A stretch of 34,843 nucleotides of DNA, taken from Fibrobacterota bacterium (GTDB taxonomy: Bacteria; Fibrobacterota; Fibrobacteria; UBA11236). The notes below the pieces were generated by a model. The model saw only the letters and a list, made by a program, of their open reading frames with translations. It did not search any database and was not told where the DNA came from. The position numbers and the translations under genes were made by a program. Of this stretch, positions 8,654 through 18,058 are shown one piece after another (the stretch's first letter is position 1; the number at the start of each line of letters is the position of its first letter). Where the stretch lies: assembly GCA_043753995.1 (NCBI GenBank), contig JAYUVP010000170.1:1-34843 (forward strand), written 5' to 3'.

Positions 8654-10896
8654 CCTCGCAAGTCCGTGCCCCTAACCAAGCCCACATGGCAAGGCAGACT
8701 ACGCCGACCAAGGTCGGGGATAGCCGCAGCATCACGGCTTTGCCTGAAAGCAAACGCGCTCCCTTCACGGGCTCGGCGCCCTTTGTTCAGCTCAAATGCG
8801 CTTGCGGCAGCGGATCGGGCGCAGGGGAATGCGATTCGTGCAATGAGAAAAAACGCCTACAGCGCAAAGGTGTCGGATCGGCCGGCCCAGCGGGAGTAGC
8901 TCCGGCGCTACCTACGGGCGGGCAGGGGCTGGATGCGCCGCTTCGCGGCCAAATGGAAGGGGCCTTCGGGCATAGCTTTGCGGGCGTGCGCGTGCATCAT
9001 GATGCCGCTGCGCATCATGCCGCGCAGTCTTTGCATGCCCATGCCTTCACCGTGGGGCAAGACGTGTATTTCGCGCGCGGGCAATTCGCCCCCGAATCGC
9101 GCCAGGGTTTAAGGCTCTTGGCCCATGAATTGAGCCATACCGTGCAACAGCGCGGCCTGTCATCCTCCGCATCGCCAACAGCTTTGCAAGCCGACGATGG
9201 AGGCTTCGCCATAGACCCCGTCGATGCGCCTTTGGAGCGCGAGGCCGATGCCGCTGCCGATCGTGTGCTTTCCGGTGGACGGCCACAAGTATCGATGGGC
9301 GCCGCCATCGGAGTGGCGCGCGCGGCGAAGATGCAGGCCTTTGTGCAGCGTGAACCCCAAACCGACACAGTTTCTACGCCAAAGGTCGATGGGAAATACA
9401 CCACCATCACGCGCACCTTGGAGGTACAAGCCTGCAAGAAGGTGGGAGAAAATCGGAAGACACCCGACAGTCAGATTTTTTACTGGGATAAAAATGCGCA
9501 GTCCATAGGTTTTCGCTATTCCATTTGCAATGGCAAAACCAAATTCGGCACCACGGGTGATTTGCAATATTCGCAAGTAGTGGATGCAGCCAGAAACTTG
9601 CTGACCACCGTGCAAAACAATCCGGCTGGCGGCGGAGCGGCACTTCAAAATGCCATTGACACCACCCAAATCACAGCCAATGGCTCGGCAGTATTGACCG
9701 TCGATGGCGTCTTAGAAGCCAGTGTGAGCAGCGACAGTGCCGTGGGTACGCAGGCTCAAGCATTCAATGTGAAAGGCAAGCTCATCATCGCTCCTTCCGG
9801 CGACATTCGATTTCAAATCGACGGAGGCGTCGGCCTCAATAACGACGCCTTGGGAAGTCAAAAAACCTATACCTTGAGCGGGTCATTAGGTAATGACAAT
9901 TTCAAAATCAGCCTCCAATACCAGCAAATCGATTTTTCCCCGGCGGGCGGCGGCGGGGGCACGAGTAGCAATAAAGTTACGGGCACCGGCGACGTGAAAA
10001 TCGCCCCTGGCGTGGGCCTCACGGGTAGCGTCAGCAAATCGAACGATAGTGGTTTCACAGCGACCGGTGGGTTCAAGTTTGATATAGATCCCATTGCCAA
10101 ACCGGCAGCCGTCAATTGCACGCGCCTCGAATGTCCGCCTCCGGTGGCGACTTATAAGTGCCGAACCGTGATTGAGCCACATGACAAAAAAGAAGTCACG
10201 CGAAAGGCCGACACCAAAATATTTCGCATGCTCCAGGTCTATGACAATGTCCAGCCGCTGGAACCGCAAATTTATGCGGGCCAAGTCAATGAAATAGTCA
10301 CCTTGCTCAATAACGAGAGTGATGTGAAAAGCATCACGGGTCATGCTTCTCCCGAAGCTTCGGTGGATTACAATGAAAAATTATCGCGCAAGCGCGCGAC
10401 CGCCACCAAGGCGGCGATACAAAGCGAGATGACCAAGCAAAATGTCAGCGCCACCTTGCCGGATGTCATTGCGGGCGGCGAATTGCATGGCGGATCTTCA
10501 GCCCATGCAGGAGAAGCGAAAAACAGTGAATTGACGACGGAATTGAAGGCTGAATTAGCCGCTCTTCCGGACGACGAGGCGCGCCTCAACTTTTTACAAA
10601 TCCAGGGAGAAAGGCGCACGAATCCCGAGAAAAGAGCCGAGACCCTCGCCGACATCCAGGCTTTCATCAACGATAAGCCGGGAAAAAAATCGGCCTCGGG
10701 TCATGAGGATCTTTGGGAGAAAATTTTCCCTTACATGCGCCGTACCGATGTTGCGTTGAGCGTGAAAGAACAATCCAAAATGGTTCCCGTACCGGGAGAC
10801 CCCGGCAAGATGGGTAATTGCGACGCCGAAGCGCTGAAATACGCCGTCGAGCAGATGCCGAAAATCGATCCAAGCAAGTTGTTGCCCCAAGAGTGA
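8650..10896 (+). CDS. DUF4157 (eCIS-core) protein with beta-rich middle region and OmpA-like C-terminal domain
   Basis: KCACG...CDSC...LQRK; GQGLD--LR-QME-AFGHSF--VRVH, A-AFTVG-DVYF--G-F-P, LLAHELSHTVQQ, EREAD-AAD; C-terminal ITGHASPEA---YN-KLS-KRA...RR-DV. Confidence 0.88.
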   Translation: MTSQVRAPNQAHMARQTTPTKVGDSRSITALPESKRAPFTGSAPFVQLKCACGSGSGAGECDSCNEKKRLQRKGVGSAGPAGVAPALPTGGQGLDAPLRGQMEGAFGHSFAGVRVHHDAAAHHAAQSLHAHAFTVGQDVYFARGQFAPESRQGLRLLAHELSHTVQQRGLSSSASPTALQADDGGFAIDPVDAPLEREADAAADRVLSGGRPQVSMGAAIGVARAAKMQAFVQREPQTDTVSTPKVDGKYTTITRTLEVQACKKVGENRKTPDSQIFYWDKNAQSIGFRYSICNGKTKFGTTGDLQYSQVVDAARNLLTTVQNNPAGGGAALQNAIDTTQITANGSAVLTVDGVLEASVSSDSAVGTQAQAFNVKGKLIIAPSGDIRFQIDGGVGLNNDALGSQKTYTLSGSLGNDNFKISLQYQQIDFSPAGGGGGTSSNKVTGTGDVKIAPGVGLTGSVSKSNDSGFTATGGFKFDIDPIAKPAAVNCTRLECPPPVATYKCRTVIEPHDKKEVTRKADTKIFRMLQVYDNVQPLEPQIYAGQVNEIVTLLNNESDVKSITGHASPEASVDYNEKLSRKRATATKAAIQSEMTKQNVSATLPDVIAGGELHGGSSAHAGEAKNSELTTELKAELAALPDDEARLNFLQIQGERRTNPEKRAETLADIQAFINDKPGKKSASGHEDLWEKIFPYMRRTDVALSVKEQSKMVPVPGDPGKMGNCDAEALKYAVEQMPKIDPSKLLPQE

Positions 10897-10903
10897 TGAC
10901 AAG

Positions 10904-12190
10904 ATGCGATCGATGAACCCTTTACCCATGGGACAGGCCACGAAACCGGCTTCAGTGCTCCGGTCCTCGTCCGCTGGATCCGCCCCTCGATCCTTGCGGA
11001 TGTCCCGGCCCGGAGACGCCTGGGAAAGCCAAGCCGATCAAGTCGCCGGAGGTCATTCACAAGCTACTGAAACCCATGGGTTACCTAGCCTCTCCTCCGC
11101 CATGCCTGCCTCCCCGGCGATGCGCGATACCTTGTCTTCGCCAGGTTCGCCCTTGCCCGCCGCCTCGCGCGCCGCGCTGGAGCCTCGCTTGGGCCATGAC
11201 TTTTCCCAAGTGCGCATTCATGCCGATGCCCGCGCAGGCCAATCGGCGCGCGACGCTTCAGCCCGTGCTTATACCGTAGGCGAACATATTGTCTTTGCGC
11301 CCGGAGCTTATCAGCCTGGATCGGCTTCGGGGCAAGGCTTACTCGCTCATGAATTGACCCATGTGGCCCAGCATCGCAGCTTGCCCGGTGAAGCCGTGAT
11401 GAGCCGAGTTCCCGGTCCCGGAGGGGCGGTGGCGCGGCCATTGGTGCAAGTCGTGAACGACAATCAACCCACCGTGATTGACAACAGCAAAACGCTGGAG
11501 CAAATCACGAACATGTTTTATGATGTGCCCCCCGAATCGATAGGGCCCGGCGAAATCTATCCCGCAGGCCACATGATTATCCTGTGCGACGATTACAAAT
11601 ACGGTCTCACCCAATCGAGCTTCACCATCACCTATACCCTGAGCGATGCCGATCGTCGTCATACCGAAAGGTCGACCACCTTATTGGGTTCTCCCACCCA
11701 ATTCGCCGAGTGCTGGTATTCCCATGTGCGCGTCAACATGCGCCAAAGTCAAACCATTTTTCTACCGAATGATTTGGCCACTGCCACTAGTTTGAGTGGA
11801 GCGACGCATTGCCTTCCCGCTTCCTATACTCCGACTCAATACAATGCCGAGACTTTGGTGCATGAGCGCCAGCATGAAGCCGACAATGTGCAGGCCGCGC
11901 GCGAAGTCGGCACCGAAGCCTTATCGCGCATTGGGTCGACTTTGGGTGTTGGCAATCTCATGGCCGAGGCCCAATACACTTCCGATCCTGCGGCTCGCCT
12001 GCAAGCTTGCGCGCGCAATGTCCGTCGCCGCCTGAATGCCGTGCGCGATGAACTCGAAATCAGCTATTACCGCCGCAGCCTGCAATATGCCGTGAATCTC
12101 GATCCCCATGATGCCGGGGATCACAGCGACAGCTTTCGCAGAGTGCAACAATCGATAGCCCGTCGCGCCGAAGAAAGGGATGCCTCATGA
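10904..12190 (+). CDS. DUF4157 (eCIS-core) protein with C-terminal HExxH domain
   Basis: D-WE-QAD-VA; G-PL----R--LE-RLGHDFSQVRIH, ARAYTVG-HIVF-PG-Y-P, LLAHELTHVAQ; second motif HERQH in the unique C-terminus. Confidence 0.88.
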   Translation: MRSMNPLPMGQATKPASVLRSSSAGSAPRSLRMSRPGDAWESQADQVAGGHSQATETHGLPSLSSAMPASPAMRDTLSSPGSPLPAASRAALEPRLGHDFSQVRIHADARAGQSARDASARAYTVGEHIVFAPGAYQPGSASGQGLLAHELTHVAQHRSLPGEAVMSRVPGPGGAVARPLVQVVNDNQPTVIDNSKTLEQITNMFYDVPPESIGPGEIYPAGHMIILCDDYKYGLTQSSFTITYTLSDADRRHTERSTTLLGSPTQFAECWYSHVRVNMRQSQTIFLPNDLATATSLSGATHCLPASYTPTQYNAETLVHERQHEADNVQAAREVGTEALSRIGSTLGVGNLMAEAQYTSDPAARLQACARNVRRRLNAVRDELEISYYRRSLQYAVNLDPHDAGDHSDSFRRVQQSIARRAEERDAS

Positions 12191-12299
12191 GATTGGCGCA
12201 TCCCAAATCTTTTTCCGCCCCAGCTAAGACCGCCGGTTACCCATTCCGCCGGAATGGGATCGAATACAAACTATCGCAGGGAATCCCCTAGAGGCCCCC

Positions 12300-12959
12300 A
12301 TGTCTGGATTTCCAGGTTCTCCCCGTTTGTTCAAGGGCGCCATGATCGCCCTCGATCCCGCCAACCCGCTGGCCAGCCTGGTGGTGTTCCAATACAATCC
12401 GGACACGGTAACGCGCACGATAACTCCGCGCTATGCCGGCGAAAGCGGTGAAGTCGCGCAAACCCCGCATTTCAAAGGACCGCCCGAAGAGAAAATCAGC
12501 TTGGAGCTGGAAATCGACGCCACCGATCAACTCGAAAAAGGTATGCCGCCCGGCGTGCCTTTCGGCGTGGCTCCCACTCTTGCCTCGCTGGAAATGATGC
12601 TTTATCCCAAAACGCTTTCCGTCATCGCCAATGCCGCGCTCTCGACGGCAGGCATGCTGGAAGTGATACAGCCGGAAGTTCCGCTCACCCTCTTCATTTG
12701 GAATCTCACGCGCATCGTTCCGATACGCCTGAATTCGCTGACCATCACCGAAGAGGCTTTCGACACGGGGTTGCAGCCCATGCGCGCTAAGGCCCGCATC
12801 GATATGACCATGTTGACCTATCAAGAGCTCGGAATCACCTCGCCCGGCGGCGTGCTTTTCATGGTGCATCAAGTCGCCAAGGAAGTCATGGCCACGGTGG
12901 GCGGCACTTTCAATTCGGTTTCCAATCTCGCCTCGGGCAGCTTCGGCGTATCCATTTAA
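12300..12959 (+). CDS. CIS tube-initiator-like protein (Afp7 N-terminal type)
   Basis: FQYNP--V-R, ISLEL--DA, LFIW----P----LTITEE-FD--L-P-RA motifs; GAGG RBS; first gene of the baseplate block. Confidence 0.8.
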   Translation: MSGFPGSPRLFKGAMIALDPANPLASLVVFQYNPDTVTRTITPRYAGESGEVAQTPHFKGPPEEKISLELEIDATDQLEKGMPPGVPFGVAPTLASLEMMLYPKTLSVIANAALSTAGMLEVIQPEVPLTLFIWNLTRIVPIRLNSLTITEEAFDTGLQPMRAKARIDMTMLTYQELGITSPGGVLFMVHQVAKEVMATVGGTFNSVSNLASGSFGVSI

Positions 12960-12970
12960 GGGGACTAGAG

Positions 12971-13288
12971 ATGTTCGATCCGCAAAGCCGCTATGCCAAG
13001 GTGCCTACTGCCTCGCTCGCCGTGACCTGCGCCGACGGTAAGACGCGCACCATCACCTATGTACGTCGGCGTCCCATGCCCATACCGCATCAGGGTATCG
13101 TGGCCGCTACCCACTTCATCGTATCCGGTGACCGGCCCGATCGCTTGGCGGGGCGCTACCTCGCCGATCCCCAGCAATATTGGCGGCTATGCGATGCCGA
13201 AGGCGTGATTCAAGCCGATGAAATCGCGCAGCCGCTGGGACATCGCCTCGACATTCGCCTGCCCGATCCCACCGGAGGCTTGGCGTGA
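12971..13288 (+). CDS. LysM / tail-X-like baseplate protein
   Basis: MF-P-SRY start; H----GDR-D-LA-RYL-DP-QYWRLCDA motif. Confidence 0.85.
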   Translation: MFDPQSRYAKVPTASLAVTCADGKTRTITYVRRRPMPIPHQGIVAATHFIVSGDRPDRLAGRYLADPQQYWRLCDAEGVIQADEIAQPLGHRLDIRLPDPTGGLA

Positions 13289-14400
13289 GCATCGGCGCTT
13301 TGGGCATACGCTTGCAATTGCTGGTGGGCACCGTGCCTTTGCCGGTGTCTCCGGACGTGATGCAGGCTTTGACCTCGCTCAGCGTCACGGTATCCGACGG
13401 CGCGCGCGGCGGTTTGCAGGCCAGTTTCGCCCTGGGTAAAGCACCCGGCACGGACTACACCTTACTGGCCTCGGGGGTTTTAGCTCCCATGACGCGCATC
13501 ATCGTAGTGCTCTTCATCGGCGCCATTCCGGAAACCCTGTTCGACGGCCTCATCACCCATCATCAGGTCAGTTCGGGTTCTTCGCCGGGTCAGGCCACGC
13601 TTTCGGTCAGCGGCTCGGATTTATCCATCGCCATGGATTTGGAACAAAAAAACCAGAGCTATGACAATCAGCCCGACTTCGTCATTTTCACCCAGCTCAT
13701 CGGGGGCTATGGCCAATACGGCATGATACCCACGCCGACGCCGACCGCCATCGTGCCCATCATGACGCAACGCACGCCGCAGCAGCGCGCCACCGACTAT
13801 GCCTATATCAATCAATTGGCGCAGCGCAATGGCTATGTCTTTTATGTCGAGCCCTTATTGCCTGGTTCCAGCATCGCCTATTTCGGACCGCCCATACGCT
13901 CGCCCATACCGCAAAAGGCCATCACCCTCAATATGGGTGAAGCCACCAATTGCAAATCGCTGAACTTCAGCTTCAATGCCCTGGCTCCCGAAAGCGTGCA
14001 AGGGGCTTTGCTTGAGCCGATGACAGGAATGTCCTTGCCCATAGCCGCGCCACCTTCCTTGCGCATGCCGCCTATTTCCGCGATACCGGCGGCGGCCTTG
14101 CGTACGCGTCTCCTCGATGACACCTCTTCGCTTGATCCCGCCCAAGGCGCCATGACCGCCACCGCTTCGCTCACCAATGCCGAAGAGGCCGTGACTGGGC
14201 AAGGCGAACTCGATACCGTGCGGTATCAGGCCACGCTCAAACCCCGGCGAACGGTTGGCGTGCGCGGCATGGGCTTCTCGTATGACGGCATCTACTATGT
14301 TAAAAGCGTCACGCATACCATACAGCCCGGATCTTGTCGCCAGAGCTTTCAACTTTCGCGCGAAGGGCATATGCCCTTAACGCCGGTTTTGCCCACATGA
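13285..14400 (+). CDS. Baseplate hub protein (phage late control D / gp27-like)
   Basis: LFDG-IT, Q---TDY-YI--LA-RNGY-FY, G-G-SYDG-YYV-SVTH-I motifs; GTGA overlap at the start. Confidence 0.85.
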   Translation: MSIGALGIRLQLLVGTVPLPVSPDVMQALTSLSVTVSDGARGGLQASFALGKAPGTDYTLLASGVLAPMTRIIVVLFIGAIPETLFDGLITHHQVSSGSSPGQATLSVSGSDLSIAMDLEQKNQSYDNQPDFVIFTQLIGGYGQYGMIPTPTPTAIVPIMTQRTPQQRATDYAYINQLAQRNGYVFYVEPLLPGSSIAYFGPPIRSPIPQKAITLNMGEATNCKSLNFSFNALAPESVQGALLEPMTGMSLPIAAPPSLRMPPISAIPAAALRTRLLDDTSSLDPAQGAMTATASLTNAEEAVTGQGELDTVRYQATLKPRRTVGVRGMGFSYDGIYYVKSVTHTIQPGSCRQSFQLSREGHMPLTPVLPT

Positions 14401-14903
14401 GCCAGTTCTTCGGGAAGTATCGCGGTACGGTCGACGACAATATGGACATCGAGAAGCGAGGTCGTCTCAAGGTCAAAGTGCCCGCCGTACTCGGCGACAT
14501 CACTTCGGGCTGGGCCTTGCCCTGCTTTCCCTTCGCGGGATCGGGCACGGGCTTTTTCGGTGTGCCTCCCGTGGGAGCCTTGGTGTGGGTTGAATTCGAG
14601 GGCGGCAATCTCGAATACCCTATTTGGAGCGGCTGTTTTTATGGAACGGCGGCGGATGTACCTACCGATACCTTGTTGGCGGCCGATCCTTCGCAAGTCG
14701 CCGTCATCGCCACCAGCGGCGGAAACAAAATTGTGATTAATGACACGCCTGGCCCGACCGGCGGCATTATCCTGGAAATTTCCAGCGGCGCCAAAATCCT
14801 CATCAATGACGTGAGCATCACCATCGACAATGGCAAGGGCGGCAAAATCGAAATGACGGGTCCCCAAGTCAGCGTCAATAGCGGCGCCTTGGAGGTAACC
14901 TGA
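14397..14903 (+). CDS. Baseplate assembly protein V / gp5 OB-fold spike
   Basis: FFGKYRG-V-DN-D----GR--V-VP, WA-PC-P, PPVG--VWVEFEGG---PIW-G motifs, then short beta repeats; ATGA overlap start at 14397. Confidence 0.92.
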   Translation: MSQFFGKYRGTVDDNMDIEKRGRLKVKVPAVLGDITSGWALPCFPFAGSGTGFFGVPPVGALVWVEFEGGNLEYPIWSGCFYGTAADVPTDTLLAADPSQVAVIATSGGNKIVINDTPGPTGGIILEISSGAKILINDVSITIDNGKGGKIEMTGPQVSVNSGALEVT

Positions 14904-15226
14904 TGGGTGCTCCAATCGTGCATCAAGGCGCTGTTGTCTTATGCGCCCATGCCGGACAGGCCCAGCCTACGGCGCCTTTTCCGCGTGTCAAAGTGTCGGG
15001 CCAGCCCATCGTGACCCAAACCTGCGCTTATACCATTGCCGGCTGCCCCTTCACGCCCGCCAATGGCGGCAATGGTCCTTGCGCCACGGGCACCTGGATC
15101 ATGGGAGCCACGCGGGTGCGCGCCGGCGGTGCGCCGGTGATAGTGCAATCGAGCACCTCGACTTGCGTGCCCACGGGCACACCCATGCAAGTCGTCACCA
15201 CTCAACCTCGGGTTACGGCCCAGTAA
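14903..15226 (+). CDS. PAAR-like spike-tip protein
   Basis: GA---C-H-G, GC, PC----W, V--GG-PV---S-S-C pattern; 107 aa, between spike and gp25. Confidence 0.82.
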   Translation: MGAPIVHQGAVVLCAHAGQAQPTAPFPRVKVSGQPIVTQTCAYTIAGCPFTPANGGNGPCATGTWIMGATRVRAGGAPVIVQSSTSTCVPTGTPMQVVTTQPRVTAQ

Positions 15227-15242
15227 CTCGCACGGTATACCT

Positions 15243-15599
15243 ATGCCCATGACCTTTCCTTTTTCCATCGACTCGCGCGGGCGCACCGAGCAGGCCTCGG
15301 AAAGCCGCCACTTGCGCGACATGATTGAAATGGTGCTCTTCACCGTGCCGGGTGAACGCGTTATGCGTCCCGACTTTGGCTGCGGCCTCAAGCAATTGCT
15401 GTTCGCGGGCAATGGCTCCGAATTGGCGGGAGCCACCCAGGCATTGGTGCAGGCCTCCCTGCAAAAGTGGCTGGGCGATCGCCTGCGCGTCGAAGCCGTG
15501 CAGGTCACCGCCGAGGACAGTACCCTGCAAGTGACGGTGCAATACACGGTGCTGCAAACCGGCCAACGCGATACGGCCCTGTTCCGGAGGACGGCATGA
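15243..15599 (+). CDS. GPW/gp25 baseplate protein (Afp9-like)
   Basis: FPF-ID--G, I--VLFT-PGERVMRPDFGCGL--LLF motifs. Confidence 0.95.
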   Translation: MPMTFPFSIDSRGRTEQASESRHLRDMIEMVLFTVPGERVMRPDFGCGLKQLLFAGNGSELAGATQALVQASLQKWLGDRLRVEAVQVTAEDSTLQVTVQYTVLQTGQRDTALFRRTA

Positions 15600-18058
15600 G
15601 CGAGACTTGCTTTTCCTGCGGCGAAGCCGGCCGTCGTCGCGAAGCGCTACGCCTGCGTGTGGTCAATGGCATGGACTTCGTCGAAGTTTTGCCGGGGCAA
15701 ACCTCCCTGACCGTCACTTTTCTGTTTCCCCTCCCAGGCGAGGCCGATGGCTTGCCGCTTTCGCCTCCCGCGACCGAGCTGACTGCCGACAATTTCACCG
15801 TCGACGGAGGGGAGCGCCTCAAGGGAATCAAAATCTTGGGTGTCGCGGTAAACGGGAATGTCGCTACCCTCATGCTTGACGGCTATGGCGATTTCAGCGC
15901 CTATACCCTCCGCTTGCGTGTGTCGTCGACCGAAGACGCCGTTCCTGAGGGCTTCGACACCCGTCTCTCGCAAGTGACCTTCTCTTTCAAGGTCGCCTGC
16001 CCCAATCCTTTCGATTGCCTGCCCGCTACCGATTGTCCTCCGGAAAAGGCGACGGCACCGAGCATCGATTATTTGGCCCGCGACTTCGCCAGTTTTCGCC
16101 GCCTCATGCTCGATCGCATGCGCGTGCTCATGCCTGATTTCACCGAGCAAAATCCAGCCGATCCCCAAGTGGCCTTGGTGGAATTGCTCGCCTATGAAGG
16201 CGACAAGCTGGCCTATGCCCAGGATGCCGTTGCTGCTGAAGCCTATTTGGGCAATGCTCGCCGCCGTATTTCGGTGCGACGCCATGCTCGGTTGCTCGAC
16301 TATCGCCTGCATGAGGGCTGTGCGGCTAGAGCCTTCGTGCATTTCTCCATCGACGAAAGCGTGAGCTTGTCCGGGGGCTTTTTGGCCATACCGATGGGGA
16401 CGGCCGTGCTCACCCGTCCCCGCTTGGATTCGCCCTTGGCCGTTCCCGATACGGAAGCGATGCGTGAAATCGCGGCCGGGCAAATCGCCTTCGAAACCAG
16501 GCACGGTCTGGCGGCACGGCGGCAGCACAATCGCATCTCGATTTACACCTGGGACGATGCCGACTGTTGCCTGCCCGCAGGCGCTACCACTCTGACCTTG
16601 CGCGATAGCTTGGCCCTGCCTTTGCATTTGCAGGTGGGTGATTACTTGCTACTTGAAGAAGTTTTGTCGTCTACCACCGGTGCGGCTGCGGATGTCGATA
16701 CCTCGCATCGCCAAACCATACGTCTCACGCGCGTGACTCCCTTGATGGACAAGCTCCACGATATTCCCCTGCTCGAAATCGCCTGGGCCGAGGCGGATGC
16801 CCTGAACTTTCCGCTATGCGTGTCCGCGCATTTCCGCGATTCCGAAGGCGTGGAAAGCCTGCTCGAAATTGCCGTAGCACGAGCTAATATGGCCTTAGTC
16901 GAACAAGGCTATACGCGCATCGGCGGCGCAGAATTGCTTTTACCTGCCATCGTGCCCGAGGCCGACAGCGACGGCCTGGTGCACTATCGTCCCGAATTGG
17001 CGCAACCGCCCTTGGTCTTCGCGGCCCCTTATTATTCGAGTGACCCTGCCACGCTTTGCCTCAATCCCCAGGCGAGCGAGGCGGTCCCCGCCATGCGCTT
17101 GCAACTCAGCGACGGCATTCAAAACCCGGAAACCTTTATCCCGCTTTATGACCTGCTTAATAGCGGGCCTTTCGATCGCGACTTCTGCGTCGAGGCGGAG
17201 GACGATGGCAGGCTTTTCCTGCGCTTCGGCGACGGCCTGAATGGCTCCATGCCACTCTCGGGTTCCCAGGTAACGACAACGTATCGTCTCGGCGGAGGTA
17301 CGGTGGGGAATGTGGGAGCGGAATCCATCACCCGTGTGATCACGACCCTTTCGCAGCCCTTGACCGGCTTGGCGGCGGTGCGCAATCCCCTGCCGGCCAT
17401 GGGCGGCGTCGATCGCGAGAGCACCCAGCGCGTCAAATTGCTTGCGCCCGCGGCTTTCAAGACCCAGCGTCGCTGCGTCACGGAGGCCGACTACGCGGAT
17501 CGCGCCACGGCCCACCCGCAAGTGCAAAAGGCGGTCGCGACCTCGCGCTGGACGGGTTCGTGGTACACGATATTCCTGTCGGTCGATCGCAAAGGCGGCA
17601 AGGCCGTCGATACCGCCTTCAAAAACAATTTGCTCGATTTCATCGAACCTTGGCGCATGGCCGGTGTGGACATCGAAGTCACCGACCCGGTGTCGGTGGC
17701 TCTCGATTTGGCCCTCAGCATATGTGTTAGCCCCGATCGTTTCCGCGTCGATGTGCAAGCGGCCTTGCTGCAAGCCCTAGGCTCGCAGCGATTGCCCACG
17801 GGCCCGGCTTTTTTCCATCCCGATCGCTTCACCTTCGGCCAGTCGCTTTACCTAAGTCAGCTTATCGCCGCCGCCCTTGCGGTGCCCGGCGTGGATGGCG
17901 TCGAGGTCACGCGCTTTCAGCGCTTGGGATCGGTGGCCGCAGGCGAATTGGCCCAAGGCGTTTTGCGCGCGGGAACCAGCGAGATTCTGCGTTGCGACAG
18001 CCATCCCAGTTTTCCAGAGCGCGGCCAATTGGCCTTGGACATGAAAGGGGGCCGATAA
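15596..18058 (+). CDS. Baseplate J-like wedge protein 1 (Afp11/12-like)
   Basis: IDYLARDF-SFR--ML, D----LVELLAY-GD, YL--AR-R-SV-RH-RL-DY, FGDG--G--P, YR-GGG--GNV and R-VT--DY motifs; ATGA overlap start. Confidence 0.93.
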   Translation: MSETCFSCGEAGRRREALRLRVVNGMDFVEVLPGQTSLTVTFLFPLPGEADGLPLSPPATELTADNFTVDGGERLKGIKILGVAVNGNVATLMLDGYGDFSAYTLRLRVSSTEDAVPEGFDTRLSQVTFSFKVACPNPFDCLPATDCPPEKATAPSIDYLARDFASFRRLMLDRMRVLMPDFTEQNPADPQVALVELLAYEGDKLAYAQDAVAAEAYLGNARRRISVRRHARLLDYRLHEGCAARAFVHFSIDESVSLSGGFLAIPMGTAVLTRPRLDSPLAVPDTEAMREIAAGQIAFETRHGLAARRQHNRISIYTWDDADCCLPAGATTLTLRDSLALPLHLQVGDYLLLEEVLSSTTGAAADVDTSHRQTIRLTRVTPLMDKLHDIPLLEIAWAEADALNFPLCVSAHFRDSEGVESLLEIAVARANMALVEQGYTRIGGAELLLPAIVPEADSDGLVHYRPELAQPPLVFAAPYYSSDPATLCLNPQASEAVPAMRLQLSDGIQNPETFIPLYDLLNSGPFDRDFCVEAEDDGRLFLRFGDGLNGSMPLSGSQVTTTYRLGGGTVGNVGAESITRVITTLSQPLTGLAAVRNPLPAMGGVDRESTQRVKLLAPAAFKTQRRCVTEADYADRATAHPQVQKAVATSRWTGSWYTIFLSVDRKGGKAVDTAFKNNLLDFIEPWRMAGVDIEVTDPVSVALDLALSICVSPDRFRVDVQAALLQALGSQRLPTGPAFFHPDRFTFGQSLYLSQLIAAALAVPGVDGVEVTRFQRLGSVAAGELAQGVLRAGTSEILRCDSHPSFPERGQLALDMKGGR

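Noticed and set aside
3037..18057. Upstream-extended starts in the ORF track (3037, 14334, 15467, 17992; also 2393 and 33736)
   Set aside because: They overlap the preceding genes; coupled ATGA/TAATG junctions or RBS placement indicate the downstream starts.
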